Source: Laetmonice hystrix
Lineage: Eukaryota
DNA length: 64,000 bases
Direction: 5' to 3'
Assembly: GCA_965235115.1 (NCBI GenBank)
Contig: OZ249436.1
Location: 18,292,001 to 18,356,000, forward strand
In this document: positions 24,376 through 36,810 of the stretch, in pieces
How the letters are laid out: each line of letters begins with the position of its first letter
How positions within the stretch are numbered: position 1 is the first letter of the stretch
The notes under the pieces: model-generated
What the model saw: only the letters and a program-made list of their open reading frames with translations
Database searches by the model: none
Told to the model about the DNA's origin: nothing
Program-made: the position numbers and the translations under genes

Positions 24376-24494
24376 ATGTATTTTCTGAGGATGGATGAGG
24401 TGACACTGTCCTACATCGTGTTTGCCCTGGCAGTCATCCCCTGGGTGTGCTATGCTCTCGTCTTCACCTTTTTCATAATGTCCATCTGCTATGG
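24376..24494 (+). CDS. UGCG: Ceramide glucosyltransferase-like, coding exon 1 (N-terminal TM anchor)
   Basis: Acceptor gtttcag at 24372. MYFLRMDEVTLSYIVFALAVIPWVCYALVFTFFIMSICYG. Phase-2 donor gg|gtaagt. The start could instead be 24391 or an upstream ATG exon. Confidence 0.8.
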
Positions 24495-24634
24495 GTAAGT
24501 AGTCCGTGCCTGTGGACAAGAGGCTAACTTCTTATGGTTTGATGATAGTCAGTATTGCTGTATGTAACATCAGGGACCAAAATAACCTGGCACCTCAGCG
24601 CAATGAGCGCCTGGTCCCCAGTAAACAGCCCCTG

Positions 24635-24784
24635 GGCCCCGTTTCACTAAGCTGGCCACGTCGCCCGTCAAAATGTCGCCAACGTTAAAGCAATGGGGCA
24701 CGTCACCAGAACGGGCGACATATTACCTTATATGGGCCGGCGACGTCCCATTTGGCCACGTCGCCGGCTTAGTGAAATGGGGCC
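24635..24784. mobile_element. Short MITE, GGCCCCGTTTCACTAAGC ends, CWG flanks
   Basis: Inverted ends with CTG and CAG flanks. Confidence 0.7.
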
Positions 24785-25052
24785 CAGGCCTCCCTATATC
24801 TCGTGTCTGGCGCTATAACTACCAATAGGCCTTCCACCAAAAAAAATTTCAGGCAAATTTGAGACGGCCATACATGTATATCCCACTGCCTGAATCTTAA
24901 AAAAATTGCCTCTTAAACCATGACACGATGAGAGAAAGCCATCCAGGGAGAGTATATTATGGATAGACTAAGGTTTTACAGAAACATTAATACTACAAGA
25001 AGTAATAACAATGAATGCAGCCACCAGTAGGGATGCCAGCTTTATGATGTTA

Positions 25053-25748
25053 GGGGTGGTTCAACATTTTCAACATTTTCAGTTCATTTCACAAGCATAC
25101 AGAGGACTCTTTATGATGGCTCATGTCATGACACAAATCTACGATTAAGAAAAAAAGCATGTTATATTTGTATCGAAGAAAATGTCTGTTGCCGCTTGTC
25201 TGATGAATTACAGATCAACATTTTTCACAGTTTTTAAAAAGTGTACATTAGGTGTTAACCCCCTCTCCCAGGGTTCACACAGGTCCTTGAAATCCTTGAA
25301 AGTATTTGAATTCTATTAGAAAATTTTCAAGGCCTTGAAAATCACAATTTTATTGGAAAAGTGCTTGAATTTTTATTTGGCAGCATGTAAAAATGTGATG
25401 GCCACTTTTGGAAATGCACCCATGCACAAATAAATTGATGAGCAGACTTTGTTTCATCCTGTATACATACAAGCTGCCAGCATGTGTGTGTCACACTCCC
25501 ACAAAAATCAATTATCTGTATATCGGCTATGTTCGGAAAAGCTAAAGTTGCAAAAGAGACATGCTCTGATTGTACAGTTTTGACCACATCATGACAAATG
25601 CTTTGGAAGATAGGGTCCTTGTAATCTTGTGACAAGGGCTGGAAATGGTCCTTGAAAGTCCTTTATAATTTTGTTTTTGAAGGCCTGTGTGAACCCTGCT
25701 CCCCCCTAGCGTACAGTTTGTACGCTTGTGAAAATGTTAAACCACCCC
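25053..25748. mobile_element. Harbinger-type MITE (GGGGTGGTT ends, TTA TSD) containing a nested CAGGGTTCACACAGG-ended hAT-like MITE at 25269-25698
   Basis: TTA|GGGGTGGTTCAACATTTTC...GAAAATGTTAAACCACCCC|TTA. Inner TIR CAGGGTTCACACAGG / CCTGTGTGAACCCTG. Confidence 0.75.
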
Positions 25749-25838
25749 TTATAGAAGATGGTTGAAAGGGTCCTCTTTGTCCCCTGTGCTTTTTTTACCC
25801 CTCCAGTGACAATATAATTGGTGTTACCTCCTCTGCAG

Positions 25839-25980
25839 GCGGTTGCGGCTGCACAAGAAGGTCGACCCGACTGTGTTGCTGGGAGAACTTCCAGGGGTGT
25901 CCATCGTCAAGCCCCTAATGGGGGTCGACCCGTTCCTCGAGAGCAACCTGGAGAGCCATTTCCTGATGAACTACCCGCAG
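25839..25980 (+). CDS. UGCG: UGCG-like exon 2
   Basis: ctgcag acceptor. RLRLHKKVDPTVLLGELPGVSIVKPLMGVDPFLESNLESHFLMNYPQ matches LPGVSLLKPLKGVD. Donor gtgaag at 25981. Confidence 0.93.
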
Positions 25981-26504
25981 GTGAAGAGGGTGTGTGGGCA
26001 ATGAGGGCTTTGTCTTGGGATTCTGTTACCCATCAAGTTGGAATATACATTCCAACCCTTTCGCATTCTTTCTGCATTGGAATTATGTATTCCACACTCC
26101 ACATTTTTCTCAAAATTTTACAGCATCACACAATTTGCAAATAAAGTGTACATGAACGTTCAATGGACGTTAAATTTCCCGTTCAAGGCACGTATTCAAG
26201 GCAAAAGATTTGTGGGCACTTCCGTGTTGTTTGGGGGGGGGGGGCATGAGGAAAACCATTAAAGCTGATGAAGTCATACTTACAAGAACGACTACAACAT
26301 ACAACCGATAACGACCGCCATGACTGCGTTAGCATTGTTTGTTAGGGCGGTCGTTACTAAGCCATGGGATTGGGCGCATACATGTGTTGCCTCACACTGC
26401 TCCGCCCACCCTCCCCCAAATAAGGGCATGATTTGATTCGCCTGCTCTCATCTATAGCCAAATAATCGGTAGGCTGCCCAGATCCACCCTGATATGTCCC
26501 CTGA

Positions 26505-26862
26505 TATCGGTAGGCTTTTCCTAGCCATTCCTCATCACTATCGATGGTTTTCGTCTATGTTCTAACACATTTTGCTTATAAGCTGTCAACGTTCGCTGCC
26601 TTCCAAATCGATCAACGCAACAGGTGCGTCAGTTTTTAGTTCCTCCCAAACTGGAGAGCAGTCGTGCTGTGCACGCTCGCCTAGGGCGATCGTGCGCAGT
26701 TTGAGATTAGGCCAAGGAATGGCAGCCTTCACCAGCTGAGCAGGTTGTAAGAAGCCTCTATATCTTAACCATCTGAGCACCAATTGTGTTCAAATATTTT
26801 TTAACTTGCTTAGAATATCACGGCATGTGTGCCTGGCCTGTACAGACTGGCGATGGTCTCCA
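26505..26862 (-). repeat. Dispersed repeat, inverted copy of about 32170-32540
   Basis: About 360 bp of close reverse-complement similarity. The ORF track shows near-identical spurious peptides (MVLRWLRYR...). Confidence 0.85.
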
Positions 26863-28536
26863 CAATAATATTTTTACCCTCTGACTGTTAGCATCTCTGA
26901 ATACACAAACCACCTGCTGTGAGGCCGGTGTCACGGTCCCGGGGTTCCTGTCAGTCCGAAAGTTCCTATATCCAATCAAAATTCAGAACCGCATGTGCGC
27001 TCGGCCGTGCAGGCGTGAAAACCGTCCCTCGGACAGCAAAAGCCAGAGCCCCAGTCCAGTTGTTCCTGCACCGCCGTGTAAGACGTTGTGTCTTCATTTT
27101 TCAGTTACTGTAGGCCGCATTTTTACATGTTACCTTAGGGCCTACAAAGCAAATCAACCTTAGGACAAATTCTATATCGTTACAGCAAAGGATCTAGTCC
27201 TAGGCCCATTTTTTTTACAAAGAAGGTATGCTGTAGTGGCTGTTTCAGAACCTTTGCCTTGGACTTATCTAAACTATATCATTTTATTATGTTTTCAATT
27301 TGATTGGTTTTGCGTTATGTTTTTTTTAAAATTTAGCATGGATGTATGCCAGTCAAGTGACGGGACAATAAAACACAACTTGCTTTACTTCGCCTTTTCC
27401 ATGCAGTCAGCCTAAGTGGTGCTATCAACCATCACCACTAGATGAAATACGCTGTAGGGTAACTCTGAGACTGGGGGAACCCAGGGCATGGCTATACGCG
27501 TTCCCAAAGTTCCTGTGGGAGTGGCTTCTATCCTGCGCATGCACACTGGATACTATAGGAACAACGAGTCCACAGGAACAACGGGACCGCCACACCGGCC
27601 GCCTCTCCCAGCTCGGTGTTGGCAGCGTTACGTAACTGCTGCTGATAAGGTCGGGGGGGGGGGGGACTCCATTCCTCCCAGTCAGGGTGAGTTGATGGAC
27701 CTTTGCTGGGAACAGACTTAATTAAACAGCTGGGCCTTTGTATTTATATCTGTGGGTGTAACTGTATAAGATATCATATTCTTGAATCTTATATTGGAAG
27801 AGTATATTATATTCTTGAATCTTGTATTGGAGGAGAGTGGAATAAAAGATTAGGCCTATATTAAGCGGTCTTCTTGAAGTTACAAGAGAACTCTTGGCCA
27901 GCTCTGCCCTTGGTTCAGTGAGCCAGCAGGTTGGTTTGGATGGTTCCACAGTTGGCTGAATCACAGGACAGTGAAATTGAAGTAGAGGAAATGTAGGTAA
28001 TGATAGAAAACCATTGGGGAAATGGGATCCGACCTGTATTGCTTGGCAATCAGCGTTTCTAGTTAATTTTGAAATTGCAAAGGTCTATCTGCAAAATTAG
28101 TTACCCAGAAGTCAGTGTGGACACACAGACAGGAGAGTCTCAATAGGCTCAATTAAACTGTATATATGTGGATCATACAAAATAAAATATGAGAACAAAT
28201 ATAATGGAATAAAAGTTATTGGGTTCTGAATTTTCAATCGCATTGTTCTTGAAATAATAAAAAGTGCAAATAGACCTAGTTGGTTGACGAATATGAAGTT
28301 TCTTTGTGACTCGGGTATTGCGGATGCTCTCACATGGACTGTATCTCGAAAATACAAAATCTGCATAGTTGCTGGACCACTGATAATTACTATTATTAGT
28401 CCCGACCCAGTTGGGGGCTGTGACTCTGACGGGGTCTTGTTTAACTATAACTAGTTACTGAATTGTTTATAGAAAGTACATTCTGACAAATCAACCCAAA
28501 AGCTTTGATTTTAAATGTGTCTCTTGAATGTTGCAG

Positions 28537-28639
28537 TTCGAGCTGTTGCTGTGCGTGGAAGATGACCAGGACCCAGCCATAACTCTGGTCAACCAGCTGA
28601 GGGAGCGTTATCCCAAGGTTGACTGCCGTATGTTTATTG
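28537..28639 (+). CDS. UGCG: UGCG-like exon 3
   Basis: ttgcag acceptor. FELLLCVEDDQDPAITLVNQLRERYPKVDCRMFIG keeps the D1 aspartate. Phase-1 donor gtacgt. Confidence 0.93.
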
Positions 28640-29381
28640 GTACGTCTGTGCTATCTAGACCCAGGGGCAGGCTCAAAGTTAAACCTGTAGGTCAAATGCA
28701 ATCAAATTTGGCCACTGACGACCATTTTGAAAAAAGTGGGTTGCAGACCCCCTAAGTGACCCACATCTGGCGGGTCGGACCCGCAAACAGGCACCAAAAC
28801 CCACTGACCCGCGAGGACAGCCATAGGACCCGCCTGAATGATAAATGATAAATCTAGCCCTAGGCATTTTAGGCCTAGATTTATCATTCAAGTGGGGCCT
28901 ATCCTTCCTACTTTGTCTCGTTTGTTGTCTGCAGCTTGATCACGCGTAAATGAGTAAATTTAGCTCAGAATGAACCTTTTATGCATCATGCACTAGGGCT
29001 GTTTACATCGAGTGGCCTAGATCTAGCCATATCCGATAGATGGCGATTGTAAGCCCCCCCCCCCCTTATTTTTGCAGACAGACTTTTTAACGAATTGCTA
29101 ATGAAAAAAAGTTATTTTCAGCTAACTCTAAGACCTTGGATTTTGTTCCCAGATGCCAGAAAAACGCGTATTTGGCACTTTCATTTTCAAATTTTTCTGG
29201 ACCAGGGCCCCCAGACTCCCCACTCAAGGCTTCGTGCCAAAAGTGCTCACATGACTCGCATTTCAAATCTTGGAACTTGGGACCTATGGGGTTGCCACTT
29301 GGCCAGTATCCATTTTGGGTGATATAAGGAGTGGTATCATTTTGCCAAGAGATTGGCCTGTCTCACAAATTAATAGATCTG

Positions 29382-29536
29382 GGGCCCGTCTCACTAAAGG
29401 CTGGTTAATAACCAGATCGTTAAGTTAACATAGGAGTGAATGGAAGGCTGCTGGTTACAGTAACCAGCAGCCTTCCATTCACTCCTATGTTAACTTAACG
29501 ATCTGGTTATTAACCAGCCCTTAGTGAGACGGGGCC
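29382..29536. mobile_element. Palindromic MITE, CTG TSD
   Basis: GGGCCCGTCTCACTAA...TTAGTGAGACGGGGCC forms a nearly perfect hairpin. CTG on both sides. Confidence 0.85.
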
Positions 29537-29907
29537 CTGGTAGCCAGCTGTCTATACTTCACTTGAGCTGTGGGGAGGTTTATTAAGTTCCCAGTAAATG
29601 GGCTGTTTTTATTTGGCCGATGTCACTGCCAGTGGGTGGGGGCCAGTCGGAAAACCGTGGGCGGGAGGCGAATTCTTGGTTACCTGTTATCATCATAACA
29701 TGGACACGGATTCAACTCGGCATTGAGTTCTCCAAAAACAGATTGATAAATCAGTATACACAGATTTATCAATCTGTTTTTGGAGAACTCACACCAATAA
29801 CACCTACAAGTGGTCACCCGAACCTGGCCTATAATTTGGTGTATCTCTGGACAGTGCGAGCGTTAAAATCTCATTTGGTTCAGATCATCGCCACTAGATG
29901 GCAATGA

Positions 29908-30200
29908 AGAAAACTTTAAAAGTTAAATGAGGCTTACCTTGGCAAAAGACGAAATTTGACTGTAAGTTTGCGAATGACATCTAATGGTGATGAGGGACCA
30001 AATGCCCAGCCACTCCTACCCTGGGTCACAGTTACTTCCCTTGAAGGGGGGTTGCACTGTCCAGAGGCATCCTATCCTGAATACGAGCACGCGCGAGGCA
30101 CATCTCATTTGGTCCCTCATCACCACTAAATGTCATTTGCAAACTTACAGTAAAATTTCGTCTTTTACCAAGGTAAGCCTCATTTAACTTTTAAAATTTC
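29908..30200. repeat. Long inverted repeat (arms about 100 bp, spacer about 90 bp)
   Basis: aaaagttaaatgaggcttaccttgg...gggaccaaatg mirrored by catttggtccc...ccaaggtaagcctcatttaactttt. Confidence 0.85.
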
Positions 30201-31363
30201 TCCCGATAGCACATCTCCCGCTATAATTTTGTAGACAACCTCCCATCAACCCGTGTAATTGCATACCGCATATATGCTTAGTCACGTGCTTTGCTTAGTT
30301 ATAAACAATTCAGCAGTTGTACTCAATGGTCGGGCATCTGAATGCCACCCAAAAAATATTTGACTAAATCGGCAGAGAAGTGGGCAAGGGAGCTTCATAA
30401 ACTTTGATTTCTCATACAAAATGAAACTGATAAGTCTGTCTTTGTTTACCAAGCAATTTTAATGAAGGATCTCTTTATGAAAACAGCAAAAGTTTTTTGA
30501 AATACTGATTTTTCACGTTTCCTCATAATATGCCCCTTTAAGGAAGAAGTAGGGATTTAAGTACTTTCTGACCTTTGACCCAGCTCTCAGACACGTCAAA
30601 GGTAAAAGGTCAAAATATTTGCAAAAAATTAATTAGGCCCTTGCCCAATTTTGACAATGTCATCATTTCCTCAAAAGTATCCATATTGACCTTGAAAACC
30701 GTCCTAACAGTCAGAACACGACTGACGTCATTCGTTGTCAGATCAGAGTTGGGGACTATCAACATGTCCACCAAGTTTGACTTTGATATCTTGAAAAACG
30801 ACCCCTGTTTTACTACTTCTACTACTACTACTATTTCTACATCGCACATAATACAGAAACGGAAACCAGACAATTTCTAGATCCCATCCCCCTATAATAC
30901 AGAAACGGAAACCAGACAATTTCTAGATCCCATCCCCTGGATAGGGCATGGGATAATGATCACCTTGGTAACACTGGCATTGACATGGAACTATATAACG
31001 CTGCTCAATTTTGAACGGCTTCATTCACTGCGGGAGCATCTTGACTCGACATGAGCCACGTTTGACAAATCTACATTAATACGTTTCGTTACTTCCATAC
31101 CTGAAAAAAAAAATAATCATAATACACGCGTATAGCATTATACCTTAACCCAAACAGTCGAGACGTGTTGTCAGCTTTGCTGGACGCTTGGGGTCAGTGC
31201 TGACCCTGCAACCTCCTGATTGCTCTGGTCAACAGTTGCTAAATACAATAACATTACGACCTCAAACTAACTTTAAGGGCATTTCATGTCAACTTAATTA
31301 GCAAAAAGATGGTGATGTTGATGTGGAGTATTCTAAACTTTTCATTTATAATTTGTGTTTCAG

Positions 31364-31465
31364 GTGGAAAGGATGGTATTCTCAACCCAATGGTGCACAA
31401 CATGGCGCCTGCCTACGAGAATGCCAAGTACGACCTGGTGTGGGTGAGCACCAGTCGAATCAAAG
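31364..31465 (+). CDS. UGCG: UGCG-like exon 4 (divergent NPM and VSTSR motifs)
   Basis: tttcag acceptor. GGKDGILNPMVHNMAPAYENAKYDLVWVSTSRIK aligns without gaps to [34 protein letters not shown]. Phase-1 donor gtacat. Confidence 0.9.
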
Positions 31466-31531
31466 GTACATCTTTCTTCCGCTTCTCTGCTATATGTGAA
31501 AAAAAAAATTAATGTCATATGTAAAGATTAA

Positions 31532-31924
31532 GGCCAAAAAAAAAAATAGATTCGTTTCTTGTCCCCGCGCGCGTCACCTAAAAACCCCCGCGTCAAGTCT
31601 TTTTTTTTTTCAAATCCGACTGCTTCATATGGTGGGCAGTGTAGCGCTGTGACAGAACGTTGCAACGGTTCTTTGGCGTTGGCGTTTTTCTGTTAGTCTT
31701 GTTGACTTTAGGTGAGTTTTACACGTTCTAAAACATTGAACATCATTGTATTGGTCTTTTCTTCAAGGTTTATGTACCCAACAGCAATTGCATTCGAAGA
31801 ATCGGCCGTTGTCTAGTTGCATCCCAAAAAAAAAAAAAGACCAAAAAAAAAAAAAAAAACCGCGTCACCGCACCATTTTTTTTATATGAAAGGACAAGAA
31901 ACGAAACTTTTTTTTTTTTTGGCC
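31532..31924. mobile_element. MITE with GGCC-poly(A) TIRs, TSD TAA (Harbinger-type TWA target)
   Basis: TAA|GGCCAAAA...TTTTGGCC|TAA. Near-identical inverted copy at 62008-62399. Confidence 0.88.
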
Positions 31925-32169
31925 TAACGTCAAATGTTTAAAAGAGCAGCCACACAGCCGGATGTTTACAGGGTTATAAGCATGCATGCCCATGGCCAAA
32001 CTGGTGTATGACGTCATAGGAGCCTGTCTCGTGTCAACCAATAGCCACCTAGCGAGGGAGCCAGGAACCAGCCAAGATTTCTGGCCCTAACTATAACATA
32101 GTCTATAACTATGTCAGGTCCTATTAATATTTATTATTTGACGTCCGGATGCACAGTGCCCCATGACAA

Positions 32170-32540
32170 GACCATCGCCAGTCTGATAGGCCAGGCACAC
32201 ATGCCGTGATATTCTAAGCAAGTTAAAAAATATTTGAACACAATTGGTGCTCAGATGGTTAAGATATAGGCACTTTAGTGCCGGAGGCTTCTTACAACCT
32301 GCTCAGCTGGTGAAGGCCGCCATTCCTTGGGCTAGTCTCAAAGTGCGCATGCTCGCCCTAGGCGAGCATGCGCAGCACGACTGCTCTCCAGTTTGGGAGG
32401 AACGGAAAGCTGACGCACCTGTTGCGTTGATCGATTTGGAAGGCAGCGAACGTTGACAGCTTATAAGCAAAATTTGTTAGAACATAAACGAAAACCATCG
32501 ATAGTGATGAGGAATGGCTATAGGAAAAGCCTACCGATGT
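32170..32540 (+). repeat. Dispersed repeat, inverted copy of 26505-26862
   Basis: See 26505-26862. Confidence 0.85.
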
Positions 32541-32924
32541 CTCTTTGTACTTGTGCACCATAGCATGCCTAAAATTGTTCCAAGGCACGCAAAAGACTGC
32601 GCGCCTACCTATCAGATTAGTTAAAACTTTGCAGGCCTAGCCGACTTCCTCTCGAGTAATGCTATTCTCTCGAGCAGAGGTCCGTTCGATGCCCTTTCCA
32701 CGTACAACCATGATCGATTTTCGTGGAGCTACAGCTCAAAAACTATTAATGTGATGGGCATTGTTTTCGGCTAAACACAAGCTGGTAATCTACTTAGGTA
32801 AGCTGTGTAATATGAAGATAATCAGAGCCCCCTAAAGTTTGAAAGAAATGTTCGATATGAACAAAATGCCATTTTCAGTCAGCTATAAAAAAGTAAAACA
32901 TGTAATTTAGCACAGTTTTGATGA

Positions 32925-33288
32925 TTGGCACTGAATATATGGGTAGGAGACCTTGCACATACCAAATTTGAGCCTGATACATGCAACCAGTCCTGAGATA
33001 TAACACTTTGAAAATGAGAAAAACCAGAACTATGACTTTCTACGTATGAAGTCTGCACTGACAAGCAAATTTTAAAAATTAAAGAAAAACCGGTGTGGGA
33101 TGGTCACTACATCTGGTGGCAAAGAACGGTACTAATATTTCCTATTGGAGTTATCTGACAAAAATTTAGAATTTTGCTTGTTTTTAACTTTTGACGCCTA
33201 TGACGCCGGTTTATCTTTAACATCTGAAAAACTACTGGGAGTTGGAGCAAAAGATCTGGATTTCAGGTGATTCCGCACGAAATGACCC
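32925..33288. mobile_element. End of a GGGTCATT-terminated DNA element; inverted related segment at about 39269-39545
   Basis: ggatttcaggtgattccgcacgaaatgaccc (33258-33288) is the reverse complement of gggtcattccgtacggaatcacctgaaatcc (39269). Internal blocks also match (tctcaggactggttgcatgtatcaggctcaa). Confidence 0.65.
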
Positions 33289-33659
33289 AATTATTTGCTC
33301 GCCTGGCGTTTTCAAAGGACAAAGCCTGTGGCAGCCTCAAAAGTAGAGACCTATGCATAAAGAAACCAAGAACATGGTTAGAAAAACCATATATGTGTTG
33401 ATAAGGTGAGAACAAAAAAGTTAAAAACCCAGGTCTATTAGGGGGGAGGGAAGTACTGTTAGCTCGGGATCAGTGTGATTGTGCAAGTTAACCTGTTGTG
33501 TCTGACTGTCAAACTATTTTATAAGGAAATACTTAAAACTTAACGCCCATTTCATGGTTAATTTTATCGTTCGTATATAAATGGTAAGGACTCATCTGGT
33601 GGTGAGTGAATTGTCTGTGATGAAATTATCTGAAAAAATTGTTGGTGTGTGTTCTGCAG

Positions 33660-33775
33660 CTAGCACTGATATACTTCTGGACATGGTGGGAAAATTACAG
33701 AATCCCAAATGTGCCCTCTGTCACCAGATGCCCTTTACGACTGACCAGAAGGGTTTAGCGGCAGCTGTGGAGAAG
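33660..33775 (+). CDS. UGCG: UGCG-like exon 5
   Basis: ctgcag acceptor. ASTDILLDMVGKLQNPKCALCHQMPFTTDQKGLAAAVEK. Donor gtaagg. Confidence 0.92.
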
Positions 33776-36171
33776 GTAAGGATGTCCTCGATGAATTTGA
33801 CCTAATTATTGTATTAGTTGTTGTCCGTTTGCTTTCCCTCATGTAGATGTGAAAATCTGATTCTGAAACTAAGTTGTCTTCATCACACAAGTCCAACCCT
33901 CTTTTATGTTACTGGTAATACTGTGCCGACATTTTTCAAGTTTTCATCTTTCAAAGATAAGTAAAAGGCTAATGCATGTTTTACATCGAGTGTGTAACAT
34001 GTATGTTATTAATAATATAAAATATAAAATATAATATATGTATAAACTATAAAAACATTTGTACATGAAATTGCAGGGGTGGCGAAGCATTCACAAGAGA
34101 AATGTCATTTCACCACATTCTCTTGTTACCAAGAGATTATAAAATGTGGGTTTTGGGTGACGCTAGTATTTTAAAGAAGTGTGAACTTTTCGTGTTCATT
34201 GGTTTAAAAGTTTCCAGAAATGTTGAAATGTTTAATACAGTTCCCTCCTTTTCTTTTGATTTTTTTTTAGCCCCGAACCCAATGGGGCATGGGCTTCTAA
34301 TTCGCCCTCCGTCTGTATGTCCGTCTGTATTGTAACTCAGGTTTGCCCACAACTTGTGATTACATGAGAAATGGTTGCTTACACTGAGTCCAAACGTCAG
34401 ACTAGTTAGTTAACCAGTCATCAAGGCTTGAGTGGAAGTTAGGTCCAAATGATTGAGAAGAAGCTTGGCTAGCTAGGGTAGGTCCAAGTACTATAGGGGA
34501 TTTAGATTTATTAAGCACAGCACGTATATACAGAATGGTCCATAGATGTTGTTAGTTACATTCTTGTTGTTACTAATGTTAGTTAATAACATTGTTGCAC
34601 ATTACAACTATAAACTATTGTTGGGGTTACTCTTGACATTTTGTCGGTTGGGCCCTATATAATTGATGCTTATCTATAAACATTACTGGTTAGCTGTAAA
34701 CTATTATCATATGAACAGATCGCAGAAAGGCAGGAATTTTAAGTTCATAACCGGGAAATTTTGACTATGTCTATGATACGGGCATCCCAGTGAAAAAAAA
34801 TCGCCCAGAAAACCTTTTTAGTCTTTTTTCCTGGATAATAAATTTTTTTTCTTGAAAGTAGACATGTCAAAAGTTGTTTTTCATAATATTTTATAATAAT
34901 TGTGATATTATATTTAGGTTAAATAGGCTTACTATTTTACTATTTTAAGTATTTCAGACTGGGATGTATTCTGCCAGACCCTAGAGGTGATCACAAGACT
35001 CCACAATGTTGTCGGTGATGCCGGCAGTCTTTACTTAAACATCATTTTACATTTTGGACTATATCTCATGATTACTCGTAGCTTTAAATCATTAGGCATC
35101 ATCTGAAAAAAAAACAACTTTTTTTTCTTTCAAACCCCGTTAAAAAGGCCTTTTTTAAAATAATGAAGCCTTTTTAAAAACCTTTTTTTTATAAAAATGT
35201 TACTGGGAGGCCTGCTATCGTCGTCGCTAATAGACAATAGTGTGACGTTGAAGTACCCTCTAGGGGGCCACAAGCTGGCCACCATTTCACCATAGGTCGC
35301 TTTTGCTTTTGCTGGGTGTGGTGACAGCTGGGTCATTCCATGTCAATTCGACAAGGGGTCCCCCGGGTGACCCCCTCAGAATTCAACCATTTTTGGCATA
35401 CATGTACTACAACATTAAACATGCCTGGGGGGGGGGGGGTGCAAATTTCTTTTACAGATACTTTTTATATTAATTGACATATGATACAGATCAAGTCAAA
35501 AATCACGATTTAATCAATACGAATGTTTGCGCAAACCCACACTTGGCCACGTGCCAAGCAAAAACAAACTGCTTAAATCCCTTGTAACTCTGTGTACAAC
35601 ATCTCTAGAACCTTGTCTACTAGTGCATGTGTATAGTATAAAGTCTCTACTGATTATAACTTCTCAGATATGGGCATCCCAATTCGTAAAAAAGGGAATT
35701 ATAATGCAATTTTAAGTACATTTTTCAAAAGGAGGGATAGGTCGGACAGTTACGTATTATATCTCAAATGAAAGAGTGAGATTTTCTCTCTATAAGCGTT
35801 TATGTTACCCCACCCCCCATTATTCAGGGGCATTATTTTCGCGTTTTGAAAATTAGCGAATTCTCCTAAAATGAAGCCTCACACCCAAATCCAGCAGTTT
35901 CAACTTGTAAGACACTCAGATCCAGGTGAGGCACAACATTTCGCATCTATCCCCCCCCCCCGCCCCCCCGGCTCCCGGACTACACTCCTTTCATAGTAAA
36001 GTAGGATGCTAATAAAGCCGAACCCTAGTCAGCAGCAAAGCAGCAGTAAAACTGACTAGGGTGCTGTCTTGTCAAACTAGTCTCACGGATGTTCTCACTA
36101 TGATATCTTAAAAACACATAGTTCCTAGACCCACAGATAATTTGTCCCTATCCAGTTGGGGGCTGTGGTCT

Positions 36172-36810
36172 AGGTCCATTAGTTCGGCAGCCCACTAGTC
36201 CCGACAGCCCACTAGTCCGATAGCCCACTAGTCCGATAGCCCAATAGTCCGACAATGGGCTGTCGGACTATTGGACTGTCGGTCTAGTGGGCTGTCGGAC
36301 CAATGGGCAAATATAACTAACCCTAAACGTAACCTTAACTCTAACCCATAGGGTGCTGGACCAATTGGCTGTCGGACCAATGGGCTGTCGGACCAATGGG
36401 CAAATGTAACTAACCCTTAACCTAACCTTAACTCTAACCCATAGGGTGCCGGACCAATTGGCTGTCGGACCAATCGGCTGTCGGACCAATGGGCAAATAT
36501 AACTAACCCTAAACCTAACCTTAACTCTAACCCATAGGGTGCCGGACCAATTGGCTGTCGGACCAATGGGCTGTCGGACCAATGGGCAAATATAACTAAC
36601 CCTAAACCTAACCTTAACTCTAACCCATAGGGTGCCGGACCAATTGGCTGTTGGACCAATGGGCTGTCGGACCAATGGGCAAATATAACTAACCCTAAAC
36701 CTAACCTTAACTCTAACCCTAAGGGTGTCGGACCAATGGGCTGTCGGACCGATGGGCTGTCAGACCGATGGGCTGTTGGACCAATGCCAATGGGCTGTCG
36801 GACCAATGGG
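36172..36810. repeat. Element-derived minisatellite: about 5 x 93-bp units, each with a TAACCC-like tract and GGGCTGTCGGACCAAT repeats
   Basis: Directly visible. The 31-codon periodicity in the spurious ORFs gives the 93-bp unit. Confidence 0.88.

Noticed and set aside
31444..31449. Strong-looking donor TGG|GTGAGC inside UGCG-like exon 4, which would make VSTSRIK intronic
   Set aside because: It is phase 0, while exon 5 needs phase 1. VSTSRIK also aligns residue by residue with ICDSGIR, so the donor at 31466 is preferred. An unseen microexon cannot be fully excluded.
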